The position numbers and the translations under genes are program-made. From contig NC_045696.1 of NCBI RefSeq assembly GCF_009834535.1, positions 46,936,001-47,000,000 on the forward strand: DNA of 64,000 nucleotides. The letters run 5' to 3'. Source of the stretch: Camelus ferus (taxonomy: Eukaryota). Under the pieces are notes generated by a model, which was not told the origin of the DNA, searched no databases, and saw only the letters and a list, made by a program, of their open reading frames with translations. Shown here piece after piece: positions 1 to 12,281 of this stretch (its first letter is position 1; each line of letters starts with the position of its first letter).

Positions 1-177
1 AACTATTCCTCAAATAATCTCCATAAAAGAAGCTTAATTCTGTTATATAGAATAGTTTGTGACAATTATACTTGATTGTAACCAAAGATAATCTTGGATT
101 TTAGTCCCACATTTGTTAGTGACCTTGTTGTTAGGTTTTTTTTTTTTAACCTCCTAGCTCTTAAATGAAAAATGGGA

Positions 178-300
178 ATATATATTAGTTTTTTATATAT
201 ATGTATATATACACATATATACATATATACATATATATAGGTAAGACCTAATATATAATATATACTGTTAATATAATAGGTCATATATTAAGTCTTATAT
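178..300. repeat. TA-rich low-complexity/simple repeat
   Basis: Degenerate (TA)n/(TACA)n. Confidence 0.85.
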
Positions 301-830
301 CTCATACAAGGTGATGAAACTAAATATGACAATATAGGTGAATATGCCGTAAGTATTTAGAAGGGAAAGGGTTACAAGCCACTCCCAATTTGTGGACAGA
401 GAACTATTCAGGATCACACACAAGTTATTAACAACAACCACTAAAAACAAATCTTATATCTCACAGACTAACATAAAAATTTATTATAAAGATTTAAGTC
501 AGTGCTTTACCTACTCTTCTATGTATTAATTATAATTATTATATTTTTTAAAAGATTAAAGGTTAGAAATGTGCTAATATTATCAGCATGTTTTATGTAA
601 CACTTAGTAAAACAACTTCAGGCATTTTGTGGAAGCAAGCAGTATATAAATACATAATTGATGTATTGATAAGAAAATTTAGGGATTTTCTTCTAAAGAA
701 AAGGATTTAGAGAAATGGAAGCAATTACTAAAATAAACCACCCCCGGCTGAAGCAGCATTAAACCATCCATGGCTTGAATAGCAGGGCCCAGCTGTCAGG
801 TGAGAATTCGGGAGAGCACACAGTGTGTAC

Positions 831-893
831 CTCAGACAGGAGTCTGGTCCTTTCAGTCACTCCGCCGTTTCCCTGCTGGTAACGCTCCCTTGC
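831..893 (-). CDS. IFT57: IFT57 exon 9 (63 nt); gene continues beyond the left window edge
   Basis: Acceptor TTTTCTCCCTCAG, donor GTACAC. Encodes ARERYQQGNGGVTERTRLLSE; no stop codon reached. Confidence 0.96.
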
Positions 894-2227
894 CTGAGGG
901 AGAAAACATTTTGTTTAATGGCAAGTTCAAAACAGAAGCAGATTACTTAAATATGACCTCCTTGTGTTTGCAATTTCTACATATCATTTTATGACAACCC
1001 CCCTCCTCGTCTGTGAGTACATTTGTGAAAAGTGACATTTAACGGTAGCTATTTTATGTCCCTAATAGGCACTATGGATTTAACCAAAGCACTATACAAT
1101 GATGAACTGCCTTAACCTTCATATAATGACTGTGTGACTCACATGGGCGTGGTTCACAATAAAAACTGTCCTCAGCCATTCCTAAACAGTTTAGACAGTG
1201 GTTCTTGGTCGATCTAATCTGCGTGCTATGCAGACAAAAGCAGTTCTAAAAAATCAATCATAATAGAGCAGCAGAATCAGTAATTAATAAGGATTACAAA
1301 CAGTATGACAGTCTGCAATATGTTCTTGGGAACTAATTTAACAATCAATTATTTAATATCAATGCTTGAGAGATACAGGGTGGCTTTAATCAGAGAATTC
1401 TTACAGTATTTAAAAAGTATTCATGAATAGATGTGTATATGTATAATTAAACAAATCACAATAAAACAGTGAAGGTTACTTTCTGCTTGGTCTTTGAGAG
1501 TTTCTGAAAGTACGGAAGTATCTCAAGTTTATTTCAATTTTTTTCTCTTTCTAACCTTGTCTGCTGAAAGAAAAAATATGCTTTCAACTGACATTTGCAA
1601 GTATTCTTACTAGTCTTCCTCCACATCAGGAAAGAGGGGGCATAAACCCCAAAGGAAAGCTTTAGCTCGCTACTGCAGGAACAAAGCACTGCTACTTTCA
1701 AAAGCTGAAGGTTTTATTTTATTTTTGGTTGAAATTCTAAAACTTTGAAAGGATTAAAAAATTTGCTCATTTAATTAATTAAACTACTTGTCTTTGAATG
1801 TGTCTTGCTTTCATATTCCTTACTATGTGGTTGTGAGCCTCTGTGGCAAGGATGTCTTTTCTCCCTGACACATGTAAATGCATACTATTCTACTTCCTCC
1901 TACTCACAGCAGTAAATTAACAGCAGACTTGCAAACACAACCAGGTGTCCTGACACACTGTTCCTGTTCTATGTTCCTCAACCATATATGCCTTCCTTTA
2001 CTTAAATCAAGTGAAGAACGCATTTAAAGACTTCTAGGAGGTAATTTCTATTACATGTAAAATGGAGACGAGAAATTCCATTGCCTCACTTGGCTTCCTA
2101 AAGTGGGCAGAGAACCAATGTGTTGCTGTTTGTGAAAAGCACTGCATGATTCTCAAATGAAAAGTGCTGTGTGTCAAGCTTAGGGTCATTAATTGGAATG
2201 AATCCCTGAATACCATTCTTCCCTCAC

Positions 2228-2359
2228 CTCACTCAGCTGGGCTTGTGCTGCACGATATTCTTGAACCAAGTGCTCCAGCTGATTGTTGATGTACTTTTCT
2301 CGGCTGCCAATCTTTTCCAGAGTCCTACTGATTTCATTATGAAGTTTGTCCAAAAATCC
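2228..2359 (-). CDS. IFT57: IFT57 exon 8 (132 nt)
   Basis: Acceptor TTTTTAG, donor GTGAGG. Encodes GFLDKLHNEISRTLEKIGSREKYINNQLEHLVQEYRAAQAQLSE. Confidence 0.97.
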
Positions 2360-3161
2360 CTAAAAATTTCATGAAATTTTAGTAGACAAAAGAAGTCACA
2401 AATATATTTTTCAAAAGTAGTTTAAAATGGGTTAAATCTACCTCAATCCATCCCACAAATTCTCAACCACAAATGAAAAGATAGTTTGAAATTTTCAGTG
2501 ACAAGGCTATAATGAGAATTATTTTCGTCACACTTTGCAGAATGTTAAAATAAAAAGCACCTGGTTGTGTTAGTCAATTTAGTTGTCCTTATGCAAATCT
2601 AAAATGTATGTGAGTGGAATCTGCTTTATATAAAGTTCACAATCAAAGTAGATAAGGGAATAAGATGATTTTCTTGTGGCAAAATTCAAAGATGACTGGA
2701 ATATTCTAGTTGGAAGTAGATCATTAAACTTATAGCTCTAGCCTGGGACCTGTAACTTCTCACTCCAGCTTTGCTTCTTTGTGGTATCCTCCAAGTCCCT
2801 ATTTTTGGCAGGGCAGCAAGCCTGGGAAGCTGCAGATTCTAGGGATTGCTGGCCTCATGTTCTGTTAAACCTACTGAGAGTCAGAGAGGAAAGAATGATG
2901 AAATGATTCTAATATACATACATATATAAATATACTATATATATCTAATACATGTAATATACTAGATATATATTATATTTTGTATAGTCACCTTTCTTTA
3001 GTTGGGTTGAGTGTCAGGGCTGTTGAAATGTAATATGGTACATTCAATCAGTAACTTCCTCAAGGGCAAGGATTAGGTGTTTTTTCTTTCATGTTCTCTC
3101 TTACAGGGATTTCACAGATAAGTAAATGTACCCATGTACTCATCTTAAGTAATTCACATAC

Positions 3162-3233
3162 CTTGGTCTCCTTTAGAGCAGATTCAATTCCATTTTTGTG
3201 TTGGTGCATTTGGTCAACATGGATTCTCCAATC
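3162..3233 (-). CDS. IFT57: IFT57 exon 7 (72 nt)
   Basis: Acceptor CCTATAG, donor GTATGT. Encodes DWRIHVDQMHQHKNGIESALKETK. Confidence 0.97.
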
Positions 3234-5329
3234 CTATAGGCATAAGAGCATAATAGGAACATATATAAAAAAAAAAACTACATTTCCTTCTTTCCTCTAC
3301 TTTTTTGAAGTTGTATCCTTTATCTTAATTACTTTAGTTGCTACCCATTTCAGGTGGGAGAGTCCTATATATAGCCTGCAATCAGATTATAAAGAAATAT
3401 TTGTAGAGCACTTTAGGATAAAAGGTTCTAAATAAATGTAAATTATTTTATGTGTTCACAGAGTGATGTCTGACAATTTGAATATAAATTATCCCTGCAC
3501 TGCTGGTGGTTAATATTTATGACTACCCATCAAAATGAAAAAAATTCTAATTACTGGAAAAGAAATACTTGTTTAAACAGTAACAATTATGTTTGCCAGA
3601 AGCAAGTCTGGAATCAAGTATCATGTATCAAATATTAGTTTGTCCCTTGAAAATTAAAATGGGGCCCTCTTCTTCAGAATTTTGGTGTCTTTTTCATGAA
3701 AGGAAGTCTACAATGATTATTAGAGTTCATATATTTGAGATATATTGTAGTAGACAGATCTGAATTTGTGTGCATATTTGAAATCTACTCCAATATTTTA
3801 ATTTCCTACAAGAGATCTTCAAAATTTTTTGGTTTACATTACTAAAGGTAACAATTTTAAGACTTAAGAAATACTCATCAGAAGATAAAAAATATTAAGG
3901 TGAACTGATGTAAGTGATGGAACCAGGATACCCTTCAGTCACACATACCTGTTTTCATACCTTGAAGCTCCACTTTGCTAACTACACTATTTTGTGAAGG
4001 AAAAACTCCTGTGAATAGTCTCATTCTACTGATTTCTTAAATTTGACACATGGGCTAGTAATTATAGGATAAAAAAAATCCTTGGGTACTTATACCAATT
4101 ATAAAATTATATTAAAACTGCAAAGAACCCCAAAGAGCACCTAGCCTGACCTTTATCACTGCACAGATAGGCAAACAGAGGCCCAGCGACAGAAAGGGGG
4201 CACACAGATAGGCAAACAGAGGCCCAGCGACACCCGAAGCCACACAGATAGGTGCACTGGGATCAGAAGCCAAATGTACTAATTCCCACCCAGGATGTTT
4301 TGGCAGTTCAGAGTTAACAAAAGGAGGAGCCGGCTGCTTGACACCAGTGAAGGTACTGGAGCAGAGAATTAATCAGCACATTCCTTTATCCTTAAGTATT
4401 TTTCTGTCTCATGAGCAGAAAGTATCTCAGAATATGAGAGCTTGGAAAGGAACTTAAAGCTCCTCTACTTATCCATTTAACAGTCATCTAGAGCAACGCC
4501 TTCATTTTACAGTTGAGGGGACAGTTCACTGACCATGACTATGGCTAGACAGACACGGCAAGGAAACAGGCCCCTCCAATCCATCCAGTCAACACTGAGA
4601 TAGGGAGGAGGAGCAACTGGCTGGCCTGTTGCAACTAGACCTTATATGGTTAAGCCTCAAAATAGAAACCTGTCTTAAGCTCAAGCGAGCATCTCTATGA
4701 AAGAAAATAAACATAACTATCATTATATAAAATTTTTAAAAAAGTACTCATCCTGCTTAATTCCAAAAATAATTTTAGAAGCTTAATAAACACCAAGCTC
4801 AAGTATTCCTTTTGGTCTCTGTCAGTAAACAAGCAAACAAACATATATGTGTATATTTATAAATGTATAAACATATACATATATTTATACATACATTATA
4901 TATAGTTTTAAAATTTATTGTAATTGATGTGTTTAAAATAGTTTGTGTTCTGCTTTTTCTATCCAGCATTATTTTCCACCCAGCAAATGTAAAAAATATA
5001 TTTTTTCATGTTTTGACATTTAAAGTATTTTGAGAGAAGCAAACATGCCTGACTCATCTATGTATAACTATGATGACTTCCATTGATGTTAAACTCCATG
5101 AAGGAGCTGGCATTTCAGTGGAAAACTGAAGCAGGAGCAGCATTTCAACGTGCTAGAAAGGAGGGGGAGAGGAGGGGTAATTTAGGCTGAGGGAGTAACA
5201 AGAACAAGGAAAAACAGGAAAATAAATAGGGAACAAGTAGCCCAAGCTGGCCAGAATATAACACACAAAACTCTTGGGGTGGGTGGGGTGGGGAGGATGA
5301 ATCACAAGAAAACAAAGCTGGAGAGCTAG

Positions 5330-5790
5330 GTTAAATGAGATCAAGGGCTTTAATTAAAGAGTGTGGATTTTATCATGTAGATAATGGAGAGCTATCAAAG
5401 ACTTCTGGTTTCAGTTTTAAAGACAAGTCTGTGTTTTGAGAAAGTAACAGGGTGAAGGATTGATTAGCAGATCAGTTAAGAGGCTGTGTCATGGTCCACC
5501 TGACAGGTTAGCAGGGGTTAATTAGAGCAGTGCCTGTAAGAATGGGAGAGAAGGATGGATTCAAGGGACACTGCAGGATGGACCAGCAGCACTGGAGCAC
5601 TGACGAAGGGGAAGGGTAGGGTGGCTGAAGTGGAGGCAGGCAAGGAGAGAGAAGGCGTCTTTAAGCTTTTTAGTCTTAGGAACTAAGAGGATAGTAATAT
5701 CACAGTGTGGCAAGAACAGCTCAGTTTTCAGGGAGTCAGAAATACTGAGGAAGAATCTGGTTTTGGACTTTTTAATCTGATAAAGCCACT
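5330..5790 (-). mobile_element. LINE-2 fragment
   Basis: Purine-rich L2 signatures (GTGGATTTTATCATGTAGATAATGGAGAGC, GAGAAGGATGGATTCAAGGGA). Boundaries approximate. Confidence 0.65.
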
Positions 5791-5929
5791 GGAACATTTG
5801 TGTATTCTTACTACCTTCTAAAGTGGAAAGCTAGTAATGATTTATAATTATCTGCCAGGCAAATTCAAATGTTTGTTTTATTACAAATCTTCTAGATGGA
5901 CACATTTCCTGATGTACAACTATTTTTTA

Positions 5930-6680
5930 AAAAGCCTTAAAAGCGTTCTTACCTTTAACCCAGCAATTTCACCTCTAGAAATTACTCTCAAGGAAATAAT
6001 TGGGGATACATACAAAGATCAATGTATAAATTCAGTGTAAAACAGCAGAAGATTCTCTAAATATCTAACAGTAGAGGATAGTTTAAACTAATTTTGTAAT
6101 ATTTATTTCATCCCTAAAAATAATGCAGTATGATACCACTTTTATAGAGCTCAAAACCAAGCAAAACGCAAGGATACCAATTGGGAGATACACGCGTATA
6201 TGAACCACCCCCCCAAAAAAAGAGAGAGAGAGAGAAGAAGAGGAGGCAGCAGCTAATGCCAATACACAAACCAGAGGACAATGGTTACCCAGGGTGGGGA
6301 GGGCAGTGGCAGGGCAGCACATAGGTAACTTCCAGGGGGTTGTAATGGCCTAGTTCTCAAGTTGGGCAGTGGGTTTGTGTTTGTTTTATTACTGAATTTT
6401 ATAATTCTATGTGATTGCATTTAAATACATTGATATTGTATATTGAAATATTAGATTCATGTTTTCAAAAAACATTTCACAGCCAGTAAAAATGCATGTT
6501 AACAACATATAGTAATGTGGAAAAACATTGCCAAAAGAGTGTATGTCCAATTTAGTATAAATTAACATTTGTGTATATTTGTATGTGTATATTAAGACAG
6601 AGGTTTGAACATTGGTGTTTTAAATTTCTTCCTCATCCTTCCAAAATTTTCCAAATTTCCTATAAGAGAATTTTGTCATT
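5930..6680 (+). mobile_element. Ancient L1 3' region fragments
   Basis: CCTTTAACCCAGCAATTTCACCTCTAGAAATT, GAGCTCAAAACCAAGCAAAAC and ATGGTTACCCAGGG are typical of old L1 3' ends. Confidence 0.65.
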
Positions 6681-7074
6681 TTTAATCACGAGGGGAAAAA
6701 ACAGTCAAAAACTTCTGGGTGCCTGGATATTCTTGAAAGGTTTTTAATAGAGTTAACAGTATAGAATATAAACTGATTGTACTTGTAATGCTTTAAAAAC
6801 ATGAATATAAAAAGGCAAAATACATAGCTTAAAAAAAAAACTACAACTACAACTGAGATGGTTAAAAACTTTACAAAGGTTTGTGGTAAGAATGGAGATC
6901 TGATAGGTTTTAATGACATGTAAGAATTTGATCCTCTAAGTAATAGTAAAAGGAACTGTTAATGATAGCAATTCTTACACAAGAGAGAACCCATCAGGTT
7001 ACAATGCACTTTTAAGTACCTTTCCATATTTGAGACTTGCAGGGGTTTGGAGCACTGAGTTCACATCTCATCCC

Positions 7075-7460
7075 CACTTCCCCTCTATCCTTCCCTATGA
7101 GAGGGTTATGTGATTTGCTGGCTGGTTGTGGGAGGAGTATACTTCCCTGCTCCACTGATGCTGGCCTTGGCCATGTGAATCCCTTTGGGCAGGACATGGC
7201 CTAGGCCAGGACTGTGCAGAAGCTGTAAGAGGCATCCACCAGCTCTCTTGCCCTTTCTTTCAGCCATGATAATATGCATGCTCCACATAGGGGTTCTCCT
7301 TCAGCTCTGAGAATAAGAAACATGGAACACAGCTGGGGTAGAGCCTCAGCTGAGCCACACATCAGCAGATGTGTATCTTGAATGAGAATAGAAGTGTTAT
7401 TATTATTGTAAACCACTGTGATTTGAGGGTTATCTGTGATACAGAAAAACTGACTATATA
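7075..7460 (+). mobile_element. MaLR (MLT1-type) solo LTR
   Basis: Hallmarks include GAGTATACTTCCCTGCTCC..CTTGGCCATGTGA and the terminus TTGTAAACCACTGTGATTTGAGGGTTATCTGTGATACAG..AACTGACTA. Confidence 0.8.
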
Positions 7461-8654
7461 TACATCATTTTTAGGAAAAAACAACAACAACAACAATAAG
7501 AATCAGATAGGTTAAATGACCTTTCCAAAGTTTCATGTCTGGAAAGTGAAAAGCATTTTCCCATATCAGTGCCTTTTCCACAAATTATATGCTGCTTTTC
7601 TTTGTGATAAAATGAACTGCCAAAGAGTATCTAAGGTAAACCAAGAATTATTTTTGTTATATATCAAGTGAGACCACATGGATCACTGCAGTTTACTGGT
7701 CACCTGTTCCAAAGTGCTCTAAGTGTGTCCATTAAGCATCATTTCTCATCTCTACTGAAGTGAGTTTTCTACCTGATCTAGCACATTTCCTCTCTCTATG
7801 GAAATGAGAAAACTAATTATGATACAGTATATCATCTCTTTAGACTTCCTAGTTTTAAAAATCCTTTCCTACAAAATCTCACATGTAATTCTCTCTGTCA
7901 AAGGTACTGTTGTAACTATAGCCCCCTCCCCACTCCAAATTCTTTAGCACTGTATAATATATCTCCCTTTTTCAGAAACTGGAGAATTATGATGACTATT
8001 TGCAGATGGTGATTCACATTACATCGTAAGTCAAACTGCACGAGAGCTAGCTGCAGCTGTTCAGGCGACTGGAAGCCTGTATGGATCTCTGGGTTTTACT
8101 TCAACAGAACACCACCCAGACAATTTCCTCTGCATGTGCAGAGACATTTTGTTTCTCTGCCTGGATCTCCAACTCAATGCTCAAAGCGCTTCTCTGAAAC
8201 TGCAGGCGAAAGAGAGCCTGGAACATGAGCCAGGGATGGCAAATGGAACTTTTATCTGTATGTAAGTTTCACTAATTTACAACTTGTAAAATGTCAAACT
8301 CTCAGTCTTTTTGCACCCAAGTTTGAGCTTTATGTGTGGAGTGGCAGAGTGCCAAAGGACTCTGGATATAGAGAAGCTGAGGAAGGCACCAACGTGTGTA
8401 CTGGAATGTTCTTCCCTGGGCTCAGGAAGAGGCCATGCCAAAGCACAGCCGACTCCAGCAGTCCGAGGGCAGGTCGAGGGCACCTTTTGCTCCAGCCCCT
8501 CCCTTCCCAAAGGGCAGGAGCAGGGCCCCAAGGCTCTGATGGGTCTTGAACTGCTTTCTATCACAAAATGTTACTTCTGCTGTATAACCTACCTTTCTCC
8601 TCTGTTCTTATTGTTCCTCCCTCAATTCTGTTATGAATGGTTATTGATGAAATC

Positions 8655-8780
8655 TTTTTTTGGGGGGGAGGGGGGTAGTTAGGTTAGTTTACTTATTTAT
8701 TTAATCAAGGTACTGGGGACTGAACCCAGGATCTTGTGCATGCTAAGAATGCACTCTACTGCTGAGCTATACCCTCACCC
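8655..8780 (-). mobile_element. tRNA-derived SINE (camelid Vic-1-like)
   Basis: Minus strand reads GGGTGAGGGTATAGCTCAGCAGTAGAGTGCATTCTTAGCATGCACAAGATCCTGGGTTCAGTCCCCAGTACC, with degenerate A and B boxes, then an AT-rich/C-rich tail and poly(A). Confidence 0.85.
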
Positions 8781-9824
8781 TACTAAATCTTAATTCAATG
8801 TTCTATTTTTGCAGTTTTATCTTAGTGAATATAAAAATATTTACAAGGGCTTTCATGGGCTCTGTCCATTAAAGGTGCCTAACCCTATTTTTCTTACTCG
8901 GCCTTTGTTTCACCTCTGAATTCAGTTTCTCTAGGGATTTTCAGGCTCACTCTGGGGAGGAAATCCTATGTGCCTCCATTTCACAGACTGAATAACAAAT
9001 TGAGGTTGTGTGATTTTTACACTGTCAATCACAGAATGATTAGGAAACCAGATGTCCCTTCTCTCACTGAGCTTTTCTATTACACAAAGCCGACTCTTTC
9101 ATTTCCTTACTTTGTCACCCAATTTCAATAAGGAGCACAAGCAACTCTGACAATTTCCAATTCAAGTTTGTATATTAAATGTTTCTTAGCTTGGTGTTCT
9201 CTTAAAACACAGATATTACAGTAGGTATGTTGCTTCTGATCTGCTGTGGACAATCTGGATAACAAACCTCGTGAAAAATCTCTAAAATCTAAATTCCGAA
9301 GGAGAATTCATTGGACTCTTCCATAAATAGGTATTTTGTAATACCTATTTTGGCTACTCAGAAACCTTTTCTATCTCCTTCTGTGGGTACAGAACAGTCT
9401 CTCAATGGTCATATCCATTCTAGATCTTTTTAAGTCTAATAATAACCTCAGTGTTAAAATTCAAGGAATGCTTAGTATATGTCAGGCACTCTGCTAAGCA
9501 CTGTCCCTACATCATCACATACAATTCCCTTAAATACTTCACTAAATAAGATAAGGAAATTGAGACATAGCTACTTTAAAGCAGACTGCCCAAGCTCACA
9601 CAGGCAAGTCAGTGGTAGAGCCTGAACACAACAGACCACTAAATCATAGCATATAATCACCCTGACGAAATGTAGTAAAGCATAACTAAAAATTTCAATG
9701 AGGTGATGGTTAAAGGAGACTTTAGTTTTATCTGTAATATTTGAATTTTTATAAGAATATATTTATATATCAACTGTATAATGAAAAATATATTTAGAAC
9801 ATTTTGGGATAAACATATGCAATT

Positions 9825-11598
9825 AAAAACTTTCTCACAAAGAACTATCCAGACCTAGATGGCTTTATCAGTGAATTTTCTCAAACATTTAAGAAAGAAA
9901 TAACAATCACCTCATAAAACTCTACCAGAGAACAGAAAAAAAAGAGAAAGCAATTACCAACTTGTTTCATGAGAACTGCGCAGCATTACACTAAAACCTG
10001 ACCAAGACACCTAAAATGCAAGAAGTATTACAGATCAGTATCTTTTGTAAACATAGACATAAAAATCCTCAACAGAATATCAGCAAATAGAATTCAGTAA
10101 TATACAAAAAGATAATATAACATGATTAAGCTGCATTTATTCCAAAATGCAAGGTTAGTTTAATACTTTAGAAATCAATCATTATAATCCACCATAACAC
10201 AAAAGAAAAAAAAGAGGAAATAAATCAAATGGTCATCTTCATAGATGAAGAAAAAAACCATTTGAAAACACTTAACATCCATTCATAATAACTCAGCAAA
10301 TTAGGAACAAAAGGGAAATTCCTTAACCTACCTTATGACATTTATAAAAGTCATAAAGCTAACATCATCCTTAATGGTAAAACTGAAATACTGAAAGCTT
10401 TCCCCCTGCTAATGCCGCTTACATCCAACATAGACGAGGGTTTTTAATCAGCATTTCAAGCAAAATAAAGGAAGTAAAAGGAATAGGGCTTGTAAAGGAA
10501 GAAATAAGATTGATGTTATTTGCAGATGATATAATTGTATACACAGAAAATGCAAAAGAATCTACATGCCTACAGTCAGAACAAATAAGTGAATTTGGCA
10601 AGCTCACTGGAGATGGATACACACACAAAGAGAACTATTTTAACATAACAGCAATAAATAAGCAGAAAATAAAATCTAAAAGGTATCATTTTCAATAGAA
10701 TCAGATAGCAACAAATAGACCAATGCAATAAAATAGTGTCCAGATACAGACCTACACACACATGCTCTCTTTTTATGACAAAGTAGTGTACTGGTAAAAG
10801 TATAACCTTTTCAATAAACTGGTCAGTTGCATATACATATGAAAACCAAATAAATCTTAACTTACACCTCACACCCTCATACTACACACAGGAATAAATG
10901 CTAGATGGATTGTAGATCTCAATGCTAAAGATAAAACAACACAGTGTCAAGAAGAAAACAGGAGAATATCTTCATAGCACTGGAGGAAGCAAAGATTCTT
11001 AAACATAAATATTAGCCATACTCCCCTCCCCCTAAAATAGAGCATTTTGAGCATACTAAGATTAAATCACCATTTATCAAATACATCAATAAGAGGGAAA
11101 AGGGAAGCTAAAGAAGATATTTGCAATACATGTATTTGGAAAAGGTCTCATGTCCAGGGTATATAAAGAACTTCTACAAATCAAAATAAAAAGCAAATAA
11201 CCCAATAGCAAAAGACGAAAGAGAATATCCAAATGTCAAATAAACATATGGAAAGGGGCTCAACTTCATTAGTCATCAAATGACAGTGAGACATCACAAC
11301 ATACCTACCATGATGAATAAAATTAAAAAGACTAAAACAATACTGAATGTTTGATGAAGATGGGGAGCTACTGGAACTCTCATCCACTGCTAGAAGGAGT
11401 ATAAATTCATATAACCACTTTCAAAATCTATTTGGCAGGGTCTGCTAAAGCTGAACATAAGCATACACCATGATGTAGCAATTCCATTCTTAGTAGAAGC
11501 TGCAGTAGAAGTGTGTACTTATGTTTACCAAAAGACCTATATAAGAATTTTCAAATAAGCATTACATATGTTAGTTGAAAACTATAAACAACTCACAT
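9825..11598 (+). mobile_element. Old degraded LINE-1 (L1M-type) ORF2 with internal deletions
   Basis: RT motif LFADDIIVYTEN at about 10516; recognisable ORF2 segments (CCAGACCTAGATGGCTTTATCAGTGAATT, AAAATCCTCAACAGAATAT, TAGCAATTCCATTCTTAG) with many stops. Boundaries approximate. Confidence 0.9.
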
Positions 11599-11599
11599 A

Positions 11600-11756
11600 A
11601 GCCAGATGCGGGCTACTCTGGAGGGGCATGACCTTGGGTTGGGCAGCTCTCTGAGGAGCAGACAGCTGGAGGTTGTCTGCTGACCGCACTCACTGTGGCT
11701 GGGCAGCAAGTGTTTGCTTGTAAGGAGATCTGGACAATTCAACTCTGTTTTACCAT
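11600..11756 (-). mobile_element. ERVL-class LTR fragment (LTR16-like)
   Basis: GGGGCATGACCTTGGG..GGCAGCTCTCTG..CAGCTGGAGGTTGTCTGCTGACC resembles the reverse of the LTR at 35440-35785. Confidence 0.6.
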
Positions 11757-12230
11757 AAGGAGACAGACCTAGTTATTAAGATGATAACTGTAGCTGCAGT
11801 GGTAGAAAGCTAGGGCCAAGTGTGAGCTGGAGTCCCAAAGTGATCAGTCTCAAGATTTCAATGTGGAATACTGATGTTCCTGTGACATGTTTAATGCTTC
11901 ATCCGCGGTCAATAATTAAATTGGAAATATGAAGGCAGGAAGTCAGGTGAAGTGAAAGAGGCAGGGAAGACTGCTTGATAGAAGGAGCTGCATATGTCTG
12001 AGTTCACTGTAGCAAATATTTCCGGGACAGGTCAATAATTTATCATGCTTTCTGCAAGGATGTGAGAGTGAATTATTTTCTTCCTCCACCCAGAATACTC
12101 CCTCTCTAATGACAGAACATTTTCTGTATTCTCTGTTTTTGCCACTTTGCACAAGCAGCTTTGCAATCTCTTCTTGTTTTAATTGTTATATTAATTTTCA
12201 GCTTCATTACTGCTCACATTTATATATGTA

Positions 12231-12232
<2 letters not shown>

Positions 12233-12280
<48 letters not shown>
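12233..12280. repeat. Compound microsatellite (TG)n(AG)n
   Basis: Directly visible. Confidence 0.98.

Positions 12281-12281
<1 letters not shown>

Noticed and set aside
8710..8780. tRNA-like sequence with A and B boxes
   Set aside because: Boxes and stems are degenerate and it carries a SINE tail, so it is a SINE head rather than a tRNA gene.
9321..9354. Short hairpin with an 11-bp AT-rich stem
   Set aside because: Its length and composition are compatible with chance in 64 kb of AT-rich DNA.
10510..10698. ORF with reverse-transcriptase FADD motif
   Set aside because: It is a fragment of a dead L1, not a functional or novel reverse transcriptase.
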